This document shows, in pieces, positions 1-14,423 of a DNA stretch of 64,000 nucleotides. The notes beneath the pieces are model-generated. The model did no database searches. It was not told the DNA's origin and worked only from the letters and a program-made list of their open reading frames with translations. Within the stretch, counting starts at the first letter, position 1. Every line of letters begins with the position of its first letter. The stretch covers positions 21,018,001 to 21,082,000 of the forward strand of contig NC_083235.1 of the NCBI RefSeq assembly GCF_032191835.1. Reading direction: 5' to 3'. Source of the stretch: Heteronotia binoei (lineage: Eukaryota). A program made the translations under genes and the position numbers.

Positions 1-627
1 CAAAAAGCCCTGCACCCATCCAAATACTGACCAGGGCTGACTCTGCCTAGCTTCTGAGATCCGATGAGGTTGAGCTACCCTGGGCTATCCAGGTTAGGGC
101 ATAGCAACCCTACGTGTATTCAAACACTGTCAAAGGTGAACCAGTCTTCCTGCGCAGGGAAACAACTTGCCATTTTGGATCTTTCTTTTATTTTGTTACC
201 AAAGATACTTAAGTAAACACATAGACGATTCCAACCAATTCTTCACTCTTTCTGTCTCCGTGCGTGTGTGTTTCAAGTGCTGTCAGGTTGTAGCCAATTT
301 ATAGCACCCCGCCCTAGGGTTTTCAAGGCAAGAGACTTCAAAAGTGGTTTGCCATCACTTACCTCTGCGTGGTAACCCAGGTATTTCTTGGCAGCCTTCC
401 AGTCAACTGTTAACAAGGGCCAAAGTGCACAAGATCTGATGAGATCAAGATCTCTGACCTCAGGGCAACTGGAGAATACTAAAGGCATATGAGGTCAGCA
501 GAGGGCTCAAGGGCACATGTCACCGTGGAATCTAAGTTGTGCACTGCAGAAACAGTAACACACAAAACCTTTTGACCCTTGCAAAACTAATACAAGCCCT
601 TTATTGTAAGGTCCTCCATTCTATACA

Positions 628-935
628 GCTGCGATGGCCAAACTTGCTTAATGTAAGAGCCACATAGAATAAATGTCAGATGTCTGAGAGCCGCAAGACA
701 TGAACGTCAGATGTTTGAGAGCCGGGAGGGAGGAAGGAGATGGAGGGAGGGAGAGGTGGAAAGAAAGCAACTTTCACTTTAGCATTCTCCAAACTGCCAG
801 CTGGCTTGGAGAAGTGATTGAAAGAGACAAATGCCTTCTCCAAGCTGGCTGACAGGGTGGTGGGGGTTTGGAGAGCCACACATTATATATGAAAAAAACA
901 CATGTGGCTTCTGAGCTGCAGTTTGGCCAACCCTG
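628..935. mobile_element. hAT-like MITE (family A; related copies ~5600-5760, 19120-19350, 19965-20115, 25039-25398, 28068-28352)
   Basis: Terminal inverted repeats (TIRs) of the CAGGGGTGGCCAAAC type. The copy at 25039-25398 has a perfect 8-bp TSD TTCTATAG (25031-38 / 25399-406). Confidence 0.7.
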
Positions 936-1689
936 CTATATAGGATAGACAGGATTGTAATCTAGGCTCAGGATGGATGGAGATGCAGGAGGCATGCCCT
1001 GCCCTCATGGTGCTAAGATGGAGAAGGGCTGGGTAGAGAAGGTGTCAGCCTGGAAAAAGATTATCTGTGAGCCGCAATCTGCCCATCAAATGGGTAGCAG
1101 TAGAAAGGAAGGATGGTGACAGTCCTGACCTACCTATCTGAGTCTCTATAATCCCCCTTTGTAGTCTGTGGCTAGGAGACAGTGCAAAGTCTTTCACTTT
1201 TAATAAATGCATCTGTGGGGCACACTTAACCCTTCTCTGTGTGGCTGTGCATCACAGGGGATGAGCAGCAGTACTGGGCAAGGAGAATTTCAGAGAATCT
1301 TCCTTCTCTGCCCTTTTCATGGTAAAAAAAAATAATACATTTATCATAGTGAAAATTCTTGAGACAGTTTCTAGCATCTTCATATATGGAAACCTCAGAG
1401 GTGCTTCCATGGAGTCCCAGAAGATACAACACAAAAAACAACTAAGGTGCAGAAATTATCCCCCCAAAAAATTCATGGTAGGGCTCTTTTCCCCTTTGAT
1501 AACTGTGCAGAAATAAAGCAGATTAATACTTTCTCCAACACATGGATAGATTGATGGGAACTCATCAGCTGAATTTCTCCCTGTTGTTCCTATACTGTTA
1601 AATGTTTAGGATTGCCACAAGAGGGGAAAAAGAAAATGATATTTCTCTCCCAAGCATCACCTCTACTAATACCAGCATATGAGGGTAGA

Positions 1690-1990
1690 ATAGAATCATA
1701 GTTAGAAGAGGCCTCCAGGGTCATCTAGTCCAACCCCCTGCACAATGCAGGAAATTCACAAATATCTCTCCCCACCCTCCACATACGCACCCAGTGACCC
1801 CTGCTCCATGCCCAGAAGATGACAAAAACCTTCCTTGCCAAACTGACCTGGAGAAAAATGGCTGCCTGACCCCAACATGTCAACCAGCACTTGTCTAAGC
1901 ATGTAAGAAAGGGCCACAAGAACTAAGCACTGACACAGCCCTCCCTGCCCTCCTCATGATCTGCCTAATTCACAGGATCAGCATTGCTGT
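1690..1990 (-). mobile_element. CR1 LINE 3' end fragment
   Basis: Reverse complement of the CR1 3' UTR seen at 61600-61783, including the TAGAATCATAG tail. Further pieces at ~2290-2430 (-) and ~13205-13625 (+). Confidence 0.75.
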
Positions 1991-3153
1991 CAAATGGCCA
2001 TCTAGCCTTCAGCATCTTCCTAAGAGTATCATTGTCTTCCAGAGTTTTTTTGTCTTGTTAAATAATTCCTTGAGTACTGTTTGAAGGACTTTTGTTTCGT
2101 AGGGTCGATTTGTTTAATGAGATGTGGACTGAGTAACTTACCAGTACTTTGCTACTGCTGGAGACATAAAATTTGAATGTTTTGTATTAATAGAGTCATT
2201 GCATATAACTTCACATTTACTGTTGCACAATACATATAAAGTTCACTGTGATATAAGATACTGAATTGTATGAGGAGCGCATTTTCCTGTGTTTTATATA
2301 GCTAAGTCACAGGATCTTCATTGCTGTCAGATGGCCATCTAGCCTGTTTAAAAACCTCCAAGGAAGGAGAGCCCACCACCTCCCGAGGAAGGCTGTTCCA
2401 CTGAGGAACCGCTCTAATTCTCAGGAAGTTCTTGTTATTCCTGTGGGTCCTTGAATCTTCATTATGTTGCATGTTAATTGCTGCTCACTCTCTACCTATA
2501 TAAATGGACTGGTAGTTTCCATTTCAATGTATCCAAAGCAGCATGCATGCACACAAAAGCTAATACCTCAAATAAAACTTTGTTGATCTTAAAGGCGCCA
2601 CTGGACTCAAATTTTATAATGTTGCATCAGCCCAACACAGCTACCCGCCTGAATCTATCTTCGGTTTCCCTTTTGTGTGACTTCACTGGCTGTAACCAAT
2701 CAGATCAGAGACAGGCAAACAAAAGACTCAAGGACAAAGGCTACTAGGAGAAACGTTAAGCAACTAAATACCAAGCAGGGAAATTAATTTCTTTGTCCTG
2801 GAATGCGTTATCTTCTAGGCGTTTTTGGAATTTGGTTTGTTAAATGCACTGATCGCCAACCCAAGGCTAAATCATTTATTCGAAATTAAAGAGAAACGAA
2901 CATTTAGCTGTGCCTGCAAAGGACCACAAATTTAGCTGACTTTGCTAGCAAATCACTACAATCAAGAAAGGCAGCTATGCATGACTTTCTGTAGTAGTAA
3001 AGAGGAAAAATCCTGTAGCATTTTAAAGACTTAAAATTCACGGTAAGCGTTTTAAGCTTTTATGAGTCACCGCTCATGTCTTCCAATCAGTGGACTGCTT
3101 TACATCCGAACAAATTTATAAAGAAATACAGCTCTTTTATTGAGAAGGTGGGT

Positions 3154-3169
3154 GGCCCTTAAAAGGGCC
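3154..3169 (-). terminator. Histone 3' stem-loop of H4 copy 1, followed by a purine-rich histone downstream element (HDE)
   Basis: Minus strand reads GGCCCTTTTAAGGGCC then ACCCA; AAAAGAGCTG at about 3129-3138. Confidence 0.97.
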
Positions 3170-3208
3170 TTTTAGATGTTGAAGCTTTGCGCTTTGTAGG
3201 TTTTTAAT

Positions 3209-3964
<756 letters not shown>

Positions 3965-4666
3965 ATGGCTTCGCCTTCCTGTAGCCCTCCGCCTTTCCAA
4001 GCCGTCACTCACCTGATCTTCGACATGGACGGGCTGCTATTGGACACAGAACGGCTTTACACGATCGCTTACCAAGAGATCTGCCAGCGCTTCGGCAAGA
4101 CTTACACCTGGGATGTGAAATCCTTAGCCATGGGCACGAAAGCCCTGGAGGGAGCAGAGATTATCCGGGAGGCTCTGGATCTCCCTATCACCAAGGAAGA
4201 ACTCTTGCACGAGAGCAAAATCCAGCAAGAGAAGCTGTTCCCCACCGCCGCCTTGATGCCGGGGGTGGACAGACTCGTCCGGCACCTGCACAGACACCAG
4301 GTCCCCATCGCGGTGGCCACCAGCTCTTCCCGAGCCAGCTTCGACATGAAAACCGTTCGCCACCAAGACTTCTTTCGCCTGTTCCATCACATCGTCTTGG
4401 GGGACGACCCCGAAGTGAAAGCCGGCAAGCCCCAGCCAGACGTCTTCTTAGTCTGCGCCCAGAGATTCAACCCACCAGCCCGGCCAGAAAAGTGCCTTGT
4501 CTTTGAAGATGCGCCCAATGGGGTCCAAGCGGCGCTGAACGCTGGCATGCAAGTAGTCATGGTCCCGGACGAAAACTTGAACAAAGATCTCGCCAAGGGA
4601 GCGACCCTGGTGCTCCAGTCCATGGCAGATTTCAAGCCCGAAGCCTTTGGTTTACCGCCCATTTGA
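3965..4666 (+). CDS. PUDP: Pseudouridine-5'-phosphatase (PUDP/HDHD1-like, HAD superfamily), intronless, intact 233-aa ORF, probable retrogene
   Basis: Colinear with vertebrate PUDP as I recall it: [16 protein letters not shown] (HAD motif I, D20/D22), ATSS (motif II), GKPQPD (motif III Lys), FEDAPNG (motif IV), C-terminal [10 protein letters not shown]. No stops, frameshifts or introns. AATAAA at 4984 and 5108. Confidence 0.93.
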   Translation: MASPSCSPPPFQAVTHLIFDMDGLLLDTERLYTIAYQEICQRFGKTYTWDVKSLAMGTKALEGAEIIREALDLPITKEELLHESKIQQEKLFPTAALMPGVDRLVRHLHRHQVPIAVATSSSRASFDMKTVRHQDFFRLFHHIVLGDDPEVKAGKPQPDVFLVCAQRFNPPARPEKCLVFEDAPNGVQAALNAGMQVVMVPDENLNKDLAKGATLVLQSMADFKPEAFGLPPI

Positions 4667-5298
4667 TGAATGCCTGCTGGGTTTTGCTTTGTTTTTGCGT
4701 CTTATTGATTTAGTTTTCCTTGATTTGGGGTGGGAAGGCTTTTTGGGGGGGAATTCAAGAGCTTCACGACCCCTATCAAAATCATACGTTACGTTTTATA
4801 AAGTTTACCAGATGACTCGTTTATTCAAACCCAAGAAAGCTCACTGGAAATAAGGATGGGCTACAAGTTTAACAGACTTTTGGTTCCTTCTTTAAAAAGC
4901 GTAGCCCCCCAATCCCCCGCTTTTAATGGGTTGATGAGAACTGCATATGTTGTGTTGCCTTGTTTACTATACACACGCCATAAAATAAATATTCAAAACC
5001 TCTTATCTATGCTTTAAACCTGGAAAAAAGAAGAATGGGGGGGACCCATGTGGCTGAAACACATTTGGTTTTAATGTAATTTCTCCAGTATAAATTATTT
5101 ATAATGCAATAAAGTTTTGTAAATTTCACATTGCAACCCATTAACGTTTATCTTAGTAGGCCTTTTTTTTAAAGTCTCTTGGTTACCTAGTTTATATAGA
5201 TTGAAGCTAGATCCAAGAGGGCAGCTGTGTTGGTCTGAAGCAGTTGAACAAAGCAGGAGTCAAGTTGCACCTTTATAACCAACCAATTTTTATTTAGA

Positions 5299-5339
5299 AC
5301 GTAAGCTTTCATGTGCTGTTAAGCACACTTCATCAGACA
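5299..5339 (-). ncRNA. Minimal hammerhead ribozyme motif, mirror copy
   Basis: Minus strand reads TGT-CTGATGA-A-GTGTGC-ttaaca-GCACAT-GAAA-GCTT-ACG. Confidence 0.6.
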
Positions 5340-5483
5340 AGGAATCCAGCACAGTGAGCAAAGCCATACATAGCTGAGCAGAGCCATACATAGCTGGTAG
5401 GCAGTGGCCCAGAATGTACCATGTTGCATTCTGGGCCACTGCCTACCAGCTATGTATGGTTTTGCTCACTGTGCTGGATTCCT

Positions 5484-5523
5484 CGTCTGATGAAGTGTGC
5501 TTAACAGCACACGAAAGCTTATG
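5484..5523 (+). ncRNA. Minimal type-I hammerhead ribozyme motif (Penelope-associated)
   Basis: CGT-CTGATGA(5487-93)-A-GTGTGC-ttaaca-GCACAC-GAAA(5513-16)-GCT-T-ATG. 6-bp stem II, AAGCTT palindrome in place of stem III, 3-bp stem I. Confidence 0.7.
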
Positions 5524-6299
5524 TTCTAAATAAAAATTGGTTGGTCTTAAAGGTACAACTTGACTCCTGCTTTGTTCTAGATTGAAGTATTACCTTCCTG
5601 TCCTCCCTCCCTTCCTTCCTCAGACATCTGATGTTTATTCTATGTGGCTCTTTACATTAAGGAAAGCAGCTCTCAAACATCTGATGTTCATGTCATGCAG
5701 CTCTCAAACATCTGATGTTTATTTTACATGGCTCTCACATTAAGCAAGTTTGGCCACCTCTGGGCTAGAAGTTCCCCAACAATTCAGCAAAAGCTTTGTA
5801 CCATGGGGTTATCGGTCCCTGGACTTAAGCCAGGGGGCCAGTTGATTTTAATCTTTTCCCCAAAATTGTATTTAAAAAAAAAAAAGATTACCACTTTTGA
5901 GCTTGCAACCATGTAATAAAGTACATACAAAATGCTGCAAAAACTGCCTGGTCTTTTCCCTCCTCCCCTCCCTCTCTGCTGATTTCCTACTTAGCCATGC
6001 TGTTCTTTTATTTTTCTTTTCTTTTTTTACAAAGGAACAATGAATAATTGTAGCAAAAGAACAATTGTATCTTAACTAGGAAAACTTTCTCTTGAACTTG
6101 CTTCTTAAAGATGATGAATGAGCACATTGGGGAGGGTTGTGGCTGTGGAAAAGCCTCTGCTTGGCATGCAAAAAGTCCCAAATTCAATCTCTGGCATCTC
6201 CAGTTAAAAAGGACCAGGCAGGAGGTGTTGTGAAAGACCTTATCTTGAGAAACCGGGAACAAGAAGAGGGGAAGAAAAGCAGAACCCAAACAATCTGAA

Positions 6300-6560
6300 T
6301 TAAGAAGATATTGGATTTATATCCCGCCCTCCACTCTGAATCTCGGATCGGCTTACAATCTCCTTTATCTTCTTCCCCACCAACAGACACCCTGTGAGGG
6401 AGGGTAGGGCTGTGAGAGCTCTCCCAGAAACTGCCCTTTCAAGGTCAACTCTGCAAGAGCTATTGCTGACCCAAGGCCATTCCAGCAGCTGCAAGTGGAG
6501 GAGTGGCAAATCAAACCCATTTCTCCATGCACTTAACCACTACACCAAACTGGCTCTCCA
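6300..6560 (-). mobile_element. tRNA-derived SINE (Squam3/CORE-like); other copies ~26208-26480(+), 32597-32860(-), 52608-52942(+)
   Basis: tRNA-like head GCCAGTTTGGTGTAGTGGTTAAG...GGTTTGATTCCCCACTCC, a shared body, and a simple-repeat tail. Confidence 0.75.
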
Positions 6561-9500
6561 AAAGGTTAATTACCACAATGTGAGGATCCAGTAATACCAA
6601 TAAAATGTACAGCAAAAATATTATCAAATATAGCAACATACATGTCTTTCTTACAAAATAGATAAAAACAGATACAGGCTCAATAGTCACCTCAAAAACA
6701 CATATATTTCACATTAGCTCCAACACAATAAATATTGGGGAAAGGAGCAATCAAAAAATGATGTTATAAGAAATCTCAGTGACTCGAGACAGGGATATAA
6801 TACAGGGGCCTCATTTTCAAATATCTTCTGCCTGGTCTTCAATTATGTGTCTTTATCTCTCACTGGCAATTGGCTCCAAATGACATGTAGAATACACTTT
6901 CCTTGAACCAAGCAAGAAAGACACATAACTGAAGACACAAGTACATGACCCGGGCAGAAGGTATTTAAAAATGAGGCCCCGGTATCATACCCCTGCCTTG
7001 AGTCACTGAGATTTCTTATAAAATCATTTTTGATGGTTGCTTTCCCCAGTATTCATTATACTGCCTGGAACAAATGTGAAATATATATGTCTGACCACTG
7101 AGGAAGGCCAAATTGGCCAAAACGTGTAGGGTCTGGGTTGCATATGTTTTCTGCTTGATAGACAGGGCTTTTTTTGAGCAGGAACACACAAGAACACAGT
7201 TCCGGCTGGCTTGGTGTCAGGGGGTGTGACCTAATAGGCAAAAGAATTCCTGCTGGTTTTTTCCCACACAAAAGCCCTGTATGAAACAATGGTGATGTCA
7301 GGGGGTGTTATACAAAAAAAAAAAAAAAGCCCCATTGATAGCTATGTGTGGTTTTGTCCTGCTCTGAGCCTACCAGGCCTTGAATTCAGCAAGAGCTTGG
7401 CTCCTGAACCTTTCTGACGCCCGTCTCCTCCTCCTCCACTGAATAGTAGGTGCAGCTGCATAACAATCCCTTGATTAGGAGAGCAGGCAGCCAGCCAGCC
7501 ACCAGGGGCTTTGCCATGCCCCCAGCAGCCCTCATTAAACCCTGGAGAAGCCTGCACCACCCTTTCTCCTCTTCTTATGTGATTTCGGGTGGTTTGTTGG
7601 CCTTTTGACTGGGGGAGAATGGTGAAGGAGAGCCCCAGGTAAACAAGGCCTGCTTGGGTTGGCTGGATCTCTAGCCAGCCCAAGCAGGCCTCGCTGGCCC
7701 AGGGCTCTCCTTTCTTGCATTGCATTGCTTTTGGCTTGTCTGGGGCGGCATATGCTAATGAGTTATGCTAATGAGCTCCCCCACCAATTTTTTTTTTCAA
7801 AATGACCCCTGGAGCCTACTATTGGGCTCATATCTATTTTAAAAGCTAATTTGTAAGAAATACATGTATTTTGGACTATTTTATAATATTTATGTTGTGC
7901 ATATGTAATGGATATTATTTGGCCCTTATGATTGTGGAAATGAACCTTTTGGTTTCTTAGACATCAGCTTGAGACCAGGAAAACCTTTGACAATACTGAC
8001 CTTGATGAACGGATTGTCTGATTCCATATAAAACAGTTTTGTGTGTTCACTGTACTCAGCTCCAAGGTTTAGAATGCCATGCTGTTTAAAGTATTTTGAC
8101 TAAATTCTGTGTAATTATTAAGCTGTCGAGCCACAAAGGTCTCAACACCAGTAGGGCAGTTACACAACCATGTCATGAAGGGCGGGGGGAGGGGGAAGAT
8201 CCTTTTTAAGAAAGGTATATGAATGCCAGTATTTATTATCTTGCATCGAAGTGTTGCAACTATTAAATAAACTCTGGAAGAAAACAAAAAGTCTTGCTCT
8301 GTGAAAACTGGCATGCGCATATGCAAAACTACCCCTCAAGACGGTCTTCCTTTGCATAGTTGAAATCTGTTCTTTTCAATGGCAAACAACCAGGAGTTTC
8401 ACAATCAGAAGGGTACTTTGCTGTTCTTCATTCCTTACTTCAAGTACCTACTCGTACAGACCTTGGTTCCAGGGCAGGGTTACCAGGTTTGACTCAGGAA
8501 ATATAATAATAATAAGTTATTATTTATACCCCGCCGAAGCAGGCTCAGGGCAGGTGGGGAGGGCAGGGTATAAATAAAAAATTATTATATTTGGGGACTT
8601 TGGGGTTGGAGCCAGGAGCAAGACAGTGGCAAACAGGATTAAACTCCAAAGGGAGTTCTGACCATCACATTTAAAGGGACTGCATTTATTTTAAATGCTT
8701 TTGGAAATAATGGAGGATAAGGGCACCTTCTTTGGGGGCTCATAAAATTGGACCCCCTGGTCCAATCTTTTTAAAACTTGGGAGGTTTGGGGGGATTTTT
8801 TAGGTCAGGCACCAAATGTTATGCTTAAAATTTAGTGCCTCTACCTCAATAAACAGCCTGCCCAGAGCCCCAGATACCCACAGATCAATTCCTAGTCTCC
8901 ATAGGGTATAATGGAGTGCTCAGCAGACATATTACCAATCATCACAGCATTGAAAGTGTCTCTTTGGAACTAGAGAAATAATAGCTGAACTTTGAGCTCC
9001 GTTGAGCCACTTTGATTTCTGTTTGATAATTGTTTTTGATCAGTTCCAATGAATTGGCTATATAAAGTATTCATGTGCATTTGTTTCAAAGTTTGTTAAT
9101 TTCACAGCGTTTTCTTTCTAGTTTACCCCACCTAAGGATTGGCAACTCTATTCCAGGGAGTGGGCTCAAGTATTTTATTTTCATAAACAGCAAAGCTTGC
9201 AGAAACGGTGAAGGGTAGTTAATAGTGTGCTGGATTTTGCCAAGGCTTAGATTTAAATCCCTGTTTAATTCCAAATCTCAGTGAGTGGAGTAGAGCAATA
9301 CAGCCAGGCCTACTTTACTGGGGTGTTGTCAGAATAAAATGGAAGAGGTTGTGGATCTTTCAGAGAACCAGATATGATGTGATTTTAATGAATACTAATC
9401 CAGAAATGGAGGATTCAGTTTGAACTCAATTTTAGAATTTTGGCACTGTTTACAGCATCTTTCTCTGCTTTTGAGCTATGTAAAACAGAATTTTGTACCC

Positions 9501-9879
9501 AGAAGTGAACAACGCAGTCACATCCATGCGAGACTCCAGACATAACTTCCAGATGAAGTTAAAAGTCCTGGGCAAATATGCCATCCACTGTGTCACTTCT
9601 CAGAAATGTACACACACAAATCTGGTATTTCCAAAGCTTCATATCATTTCTCATTTGAACTCTTGATACTCCCCCAGCAAAGACCCTTGTACTTTTCTCT
9701 CTTCCCAAATACTTCTGTTCTTCCGCTCCCAAAATACCCATTCTTTCTCTCTCCCCACCCCCATTCTTGATTTCATAACACTTTTTAAAAAAATGTTCCC
9801 AGGAACAGTTAATACAGACCATGTGCTTATGATTGCTGCATAATATACCTAGGATATTAATAATCCAGTGTTAGATTTA

Positions 9880-10095
9880 GGTGGGTAGCTGTATTGGCCT
9901 GAAGCGGCAGCAGAAAGTTTGAACCCAGTGGCACCTTTAAGACCAACAAAGTTTAATTCTGGGTATGAGCTTTCGAGTGCATGCACACTTCTTCAGATAC
10001 ATGTATCTGAAGAGTCCTTGCACGTGAAAGCTCGTACCAGGAATAAAACTTTGTTGGCCTTAAAGATGACACTGGACTTAAACTTTGGTCTGGTT
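9880..10095. mobile_element. Inverted pair of Penelope-like terminal repeats with two hammerhead-like cores
   Basis: Arms meet at GATACATGTATC (~9996-10007). CTGAAGA...GAAAGCTC on the minus strand (9963-10000) and on the plus strand (10003-10037). Confidence 0.65.
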
Positions 10096-10739
10096 CAGTA
10101 CTGGAATGGAAACAATACAGTACATTCCCCCAGCTTCGATATGCGCTGTTTGTAGCAAAATATGCACCAATTCAAAGAAAGGCAACAGGTACAGACTGGT
10201 CTTTTAAAAATAAAAAGCCGCAAGCAGTCCTATCGTGCTGCCTACTCCGAAACATAGTAGAAGGAACCTGCAGTGAAAACGATACTAGTTAACACTTCAG
10301 AGCTCTTTTTCATCAGTGCAGTCCCATATGCAGAATTACTCCAGTTAAGCCTACTGGTTTCAATAGACTGAGACTGGAGCAATTCTGCATGAGATTGTCC
10401 TGTACTACATTGCTGTTTCCCCCGGCTATTAGCTCCAATGGGCGGAGGTGGGAGGATATAACTCTCAATCTTGCCTTCTATTGCAAGTAAAGGTAGGCCA
10501 TAATGCAATCAAGTGAACACACATCCTCTTTTAACAGTGAAAAGACCCTTATTTCCTAAGAGGACAGCAGAGCGGGGAAAAACTTGAAAAATCGCATTGA
10601 GTTTTAAAGATTTATTCAGAAAAGCCCCAACACCAGGCTAAAGGAACGTCCCTTGACGAAACCCCCGCATGTAGTGCTGTAAGTTTATTCATAAAGCATC
10701 GAGATCAGAGTCACTGCAGCCTTTTATGAAAAAGTGGGC

Positions 10740-10755
10740 GGCTCTGAAAAGAGCC
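10740..10755 (-). terminator. Histone 3' stem-loop of H2B copy 1
   Basis: Minus strand reads GGCTCTTTTCAGAGCC. Confidence 0.97.
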
Positions 10756-10817
10756 TTTGCGGGTTTTTTTTTTTTTTTTGCTTTTTTTCTCCACCTCCTC
10801 GCGAAGCGACAGTCCGC

Positions 10818-12037
<1,220 letters not shown>

Positions 12038-12085
12038 AATCCTTTTTAACCCCAATAGGAAGCTCCTCCTTCTCTTGAACCCAAA

Positions 12086-12101
12086 GGCTCTTTTCAGAGC
12101 C
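12086..12101 (+). terminator. Histone 3' stem-loop of H2A copy 1
   Basis: GGCTCTTTTCAGAGCC then ACCCA; AAAGAGCTG HDE at about 12118. Confidence 0.97.
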
Positions 12102-12409
12102 ACCCACAATCTCACCTAAAGAGCTGCGACTCTGCTTAAAAAGTGTTTTCTCTGATTGCTTTTGTTCCAGACACCCTTGAAAAAGCCATATTAACTTTTC
12201 AAGAATCAGTCTTAATGTTTCCTTTATTTTTGCTGGCAAGAAATTGACCAGATGGTTAATATCCGGGAAATGTCTTGGTTTTTCTATACTTTTGCATTTC
12301 CTAGAAACAATTTGCTGTTCCATATGGTGGTGCGAAGCAAATCGAGCAGCTCTGGCTGTGCTCGGAGAAAATCCTTGTTAGTATCGAAAAATCCGTATAC
12401 TGGGAGCTA

Positions 12410-12600
12410 CGGTTGCCAGCCTCCAGGTAGGGCCTGGAGATCTCTCATATTTCCAGCTGGCAGAGGTCAGCTCCCCTGGAGAAAATGGCTGCTTGGAAGG
12501 GTGGACTCGCATACTTTGCAATGCTGATGCCCCTCTCTCCCCCAAACCCTGCCCTCTCCTGGATCCACCCCTAAAGTCTCCAGGTATTTTCCAAGGCAGC
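12410..12600. mobile_element. Abundant interspersed repeat with GGTTGCC termini (copies also ~8475-8900, 14720-14925, 25720-25965, 27860-28050, 51150-51380, 54340-54480, 56580-56720)
   Basis: Recurrent GGTTGCCA(A/G)CCTCCAGG...GGAGAAAATGGCTGC...GGCAACCCTA body. Family not identified with certainty. Confidence 0.55.
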
Positions 12601-13639
12601 CCCTACTGGGAACCAGTTCAGAATGACTGATGATCCCTTGAGGGGCATTAGATAGATTGCAGGAAAGTATGGTTACCAGAGGGTGCGATTGAAAAGGAAC
12701 CTCCCTATCCAGAGGCAGTAAATCTTTGATATTCAGTAGGAGGTAACATATCGAGGGTCTCTATGTGCTGTTTAACCGGTTCTCCTGGACAGCTGGTTGG
12801 TCACTGTGTGAGCTAGATGGACTACTAATCTGCTCCAGCAAGATTAGGTATACTGCTTTGGGCTCTTTCTGTATGCTTCTGTTGCTCCATAAAGTTTCCA
12901 GACACTGCATTTTATAAGAACAAAGTTAGAATCCAGTGTCACCTTTAAGGCCAATTAAGTTTTATTCAAGGTTCTAAAGGTGCCACTGGACTCTGACTTT
13001 GTTCTGTTGCTTTAGACCAATACAGCTACTCACCTGGATGCATTTTATTAGGTTACTTTATGCACCTGGGTCTTTGTATCTTTTACAAGCATTCTTTTGC
13101 AAGATTCCTCCTTCCTTTCATTGGGGGATAGAGGTTCAGAGATCACTATTCCTACTTGTGTCTGGAAAAGGAAACTTTGATTCTTGAAAACTATTTTTTT
13201 TAAAAAATCTTCAAATACTTGAAGGGCTGTCATCTAGAGGATGGTGTGGAATTGTTTTCTGTGGCCCCAGAAGGTAGGACCAGAACCAATTACCGGTAGT
13301 TGAAATTAAACAAAAGAGTTTCCGCTCAACACTAGGAAGAACTTCCGGACCATTAGAGCAGTTCCTCAGTGGAACGGGCTTCCTCGGGAGGTGGTGGACT
13401 TTTTCCTTGGAGGTGTTTAAACAGAGGCTAGATGGCCATATGATGCAACGTCACCCCAAAATTGGAAACAGCTGGTGCTTGCACAGGGGACTACGTTTTT
13501 AGATGACCATCTGACAGCAATGAAGATCCTGTGAATTTAGGGGGAGGTATTTGTGAGTTTCCTGCATTGTGCAGGGGTTGGACTAGAAGACCCTGGAGGT
13601 CCCTTCCAGCTCTATGATCCTATTATTCTAAGCTGCCAT

Positions 13640-13840
13640 TGGGTCACAGCTGAAGTCTGGCCACCCCATGAGGTTTTCAAGGCGAGAGAGGTTCAGAGGT
13701 GGTTTTGCCATAACCTGTGTCTGCATCCTGACCCTGGACTTCCTTGGTGGTCTCCCATCCAAGTACCAAGCCAACCAAGGCCTATTTTGCGTAACAAGAG
13801 ATCTGATGAGGGTGGGCTAGGCCAACCTGGGCAGGGCCCT
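13640..13840 (-). mobile_element. 5S rRNA-derived SINE with RTE-like tail (5S-Sauria-like); copies also ~1-110, 310-460, 18850-18990, 22550-22745, 32330-32480, 53165-53490, 54950-55050
   Basis: Degenerate 5S internal promoter (AGAAGCTAAGCAGGGTC...TGGATGGGAGACC) joined to a GCAATGGCAAACCACCTCTG...GAAAACCCT tail. Confidence 0.65.
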
Positions 13841-14257
13841 GAAAAGTTATACACTGAAAACCATTTATTTATTATTTACGTTATATTTATATCCTGCCTA
13901 TTTTATGCAGATTCAAGGCGGCTAACAACATAAAATACACATAAACAATAAACTGAAACAATCAGATAAATTGCAATGGTGTTACTTCAAGCATATAATA
14001 TTTCCTTTCTCAACATGTACAGATCCTACTTAGGCAGTTAGTACTAAAGTGCGATAGATCCAGAAGTGGTGGCAGCCCTCTCCCAACATAGCGTATTGGC
14101 CTCTAATATAACTATTCCAACTGTGGAGCAAGAAGTGCTACCCTCTGAAACGATCTGCATGTTGTTCGCTTTATGGTGCCCTCCCTTTAAAACACCCAGG
14201 GGAGCAACAGAAGCATACAAGAGAAGCCCAAAGCAGTATACTTAATTTTGTTGGATC

Positions 14258-14423
14258 AGACCTATTTCGCACTAGACTTTTAATCCTGGTTTAGCCCTGT
14301 CCTCAAGCTGACATTCTACATTAAAATAAGAGAATCATAGAGTTACTTTTTCTGATTCTGGTGTAGAATGTCAGTTTGGGGACAGGAGTAAACCAGGATT
14401 AAAGGTCTAGTGCGAAATTTGTC
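14258..14423. mobile_element. Foldback MITE (PIF/Harbinger-like)
   Basis: ATTTCGCACTAGACTTTAATCCTGGTTT... pairs with ...AAACCAGGATTAAAGGTCTAGTGCGAAAT; arms about 55 bp. Confidence 0.6.

Larger units (their letters stand above)
5205..5580. mobile_element. Penelope-like element terminal fragments in inverted (palindromic) arrangement
   Basis: Arms ~5244-5416 and ~5427-5577 are near-perfect reverse complements. The GCAGCTGTGTTGGTCTGAAGCAG...GCACCTTT...GCACACTTCATCAGAC repeat recurs many times in the window and carries hammerhead cores. Confidence 0.7.

Noticed and set aside
4667-5200. Histone stem-loop, poly(A) remnant or TSD after the PUDP-like ORF
   Set aside because: None found; only AATAAA signals. 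Retro-origin therefore rests on the lack of introns alone.
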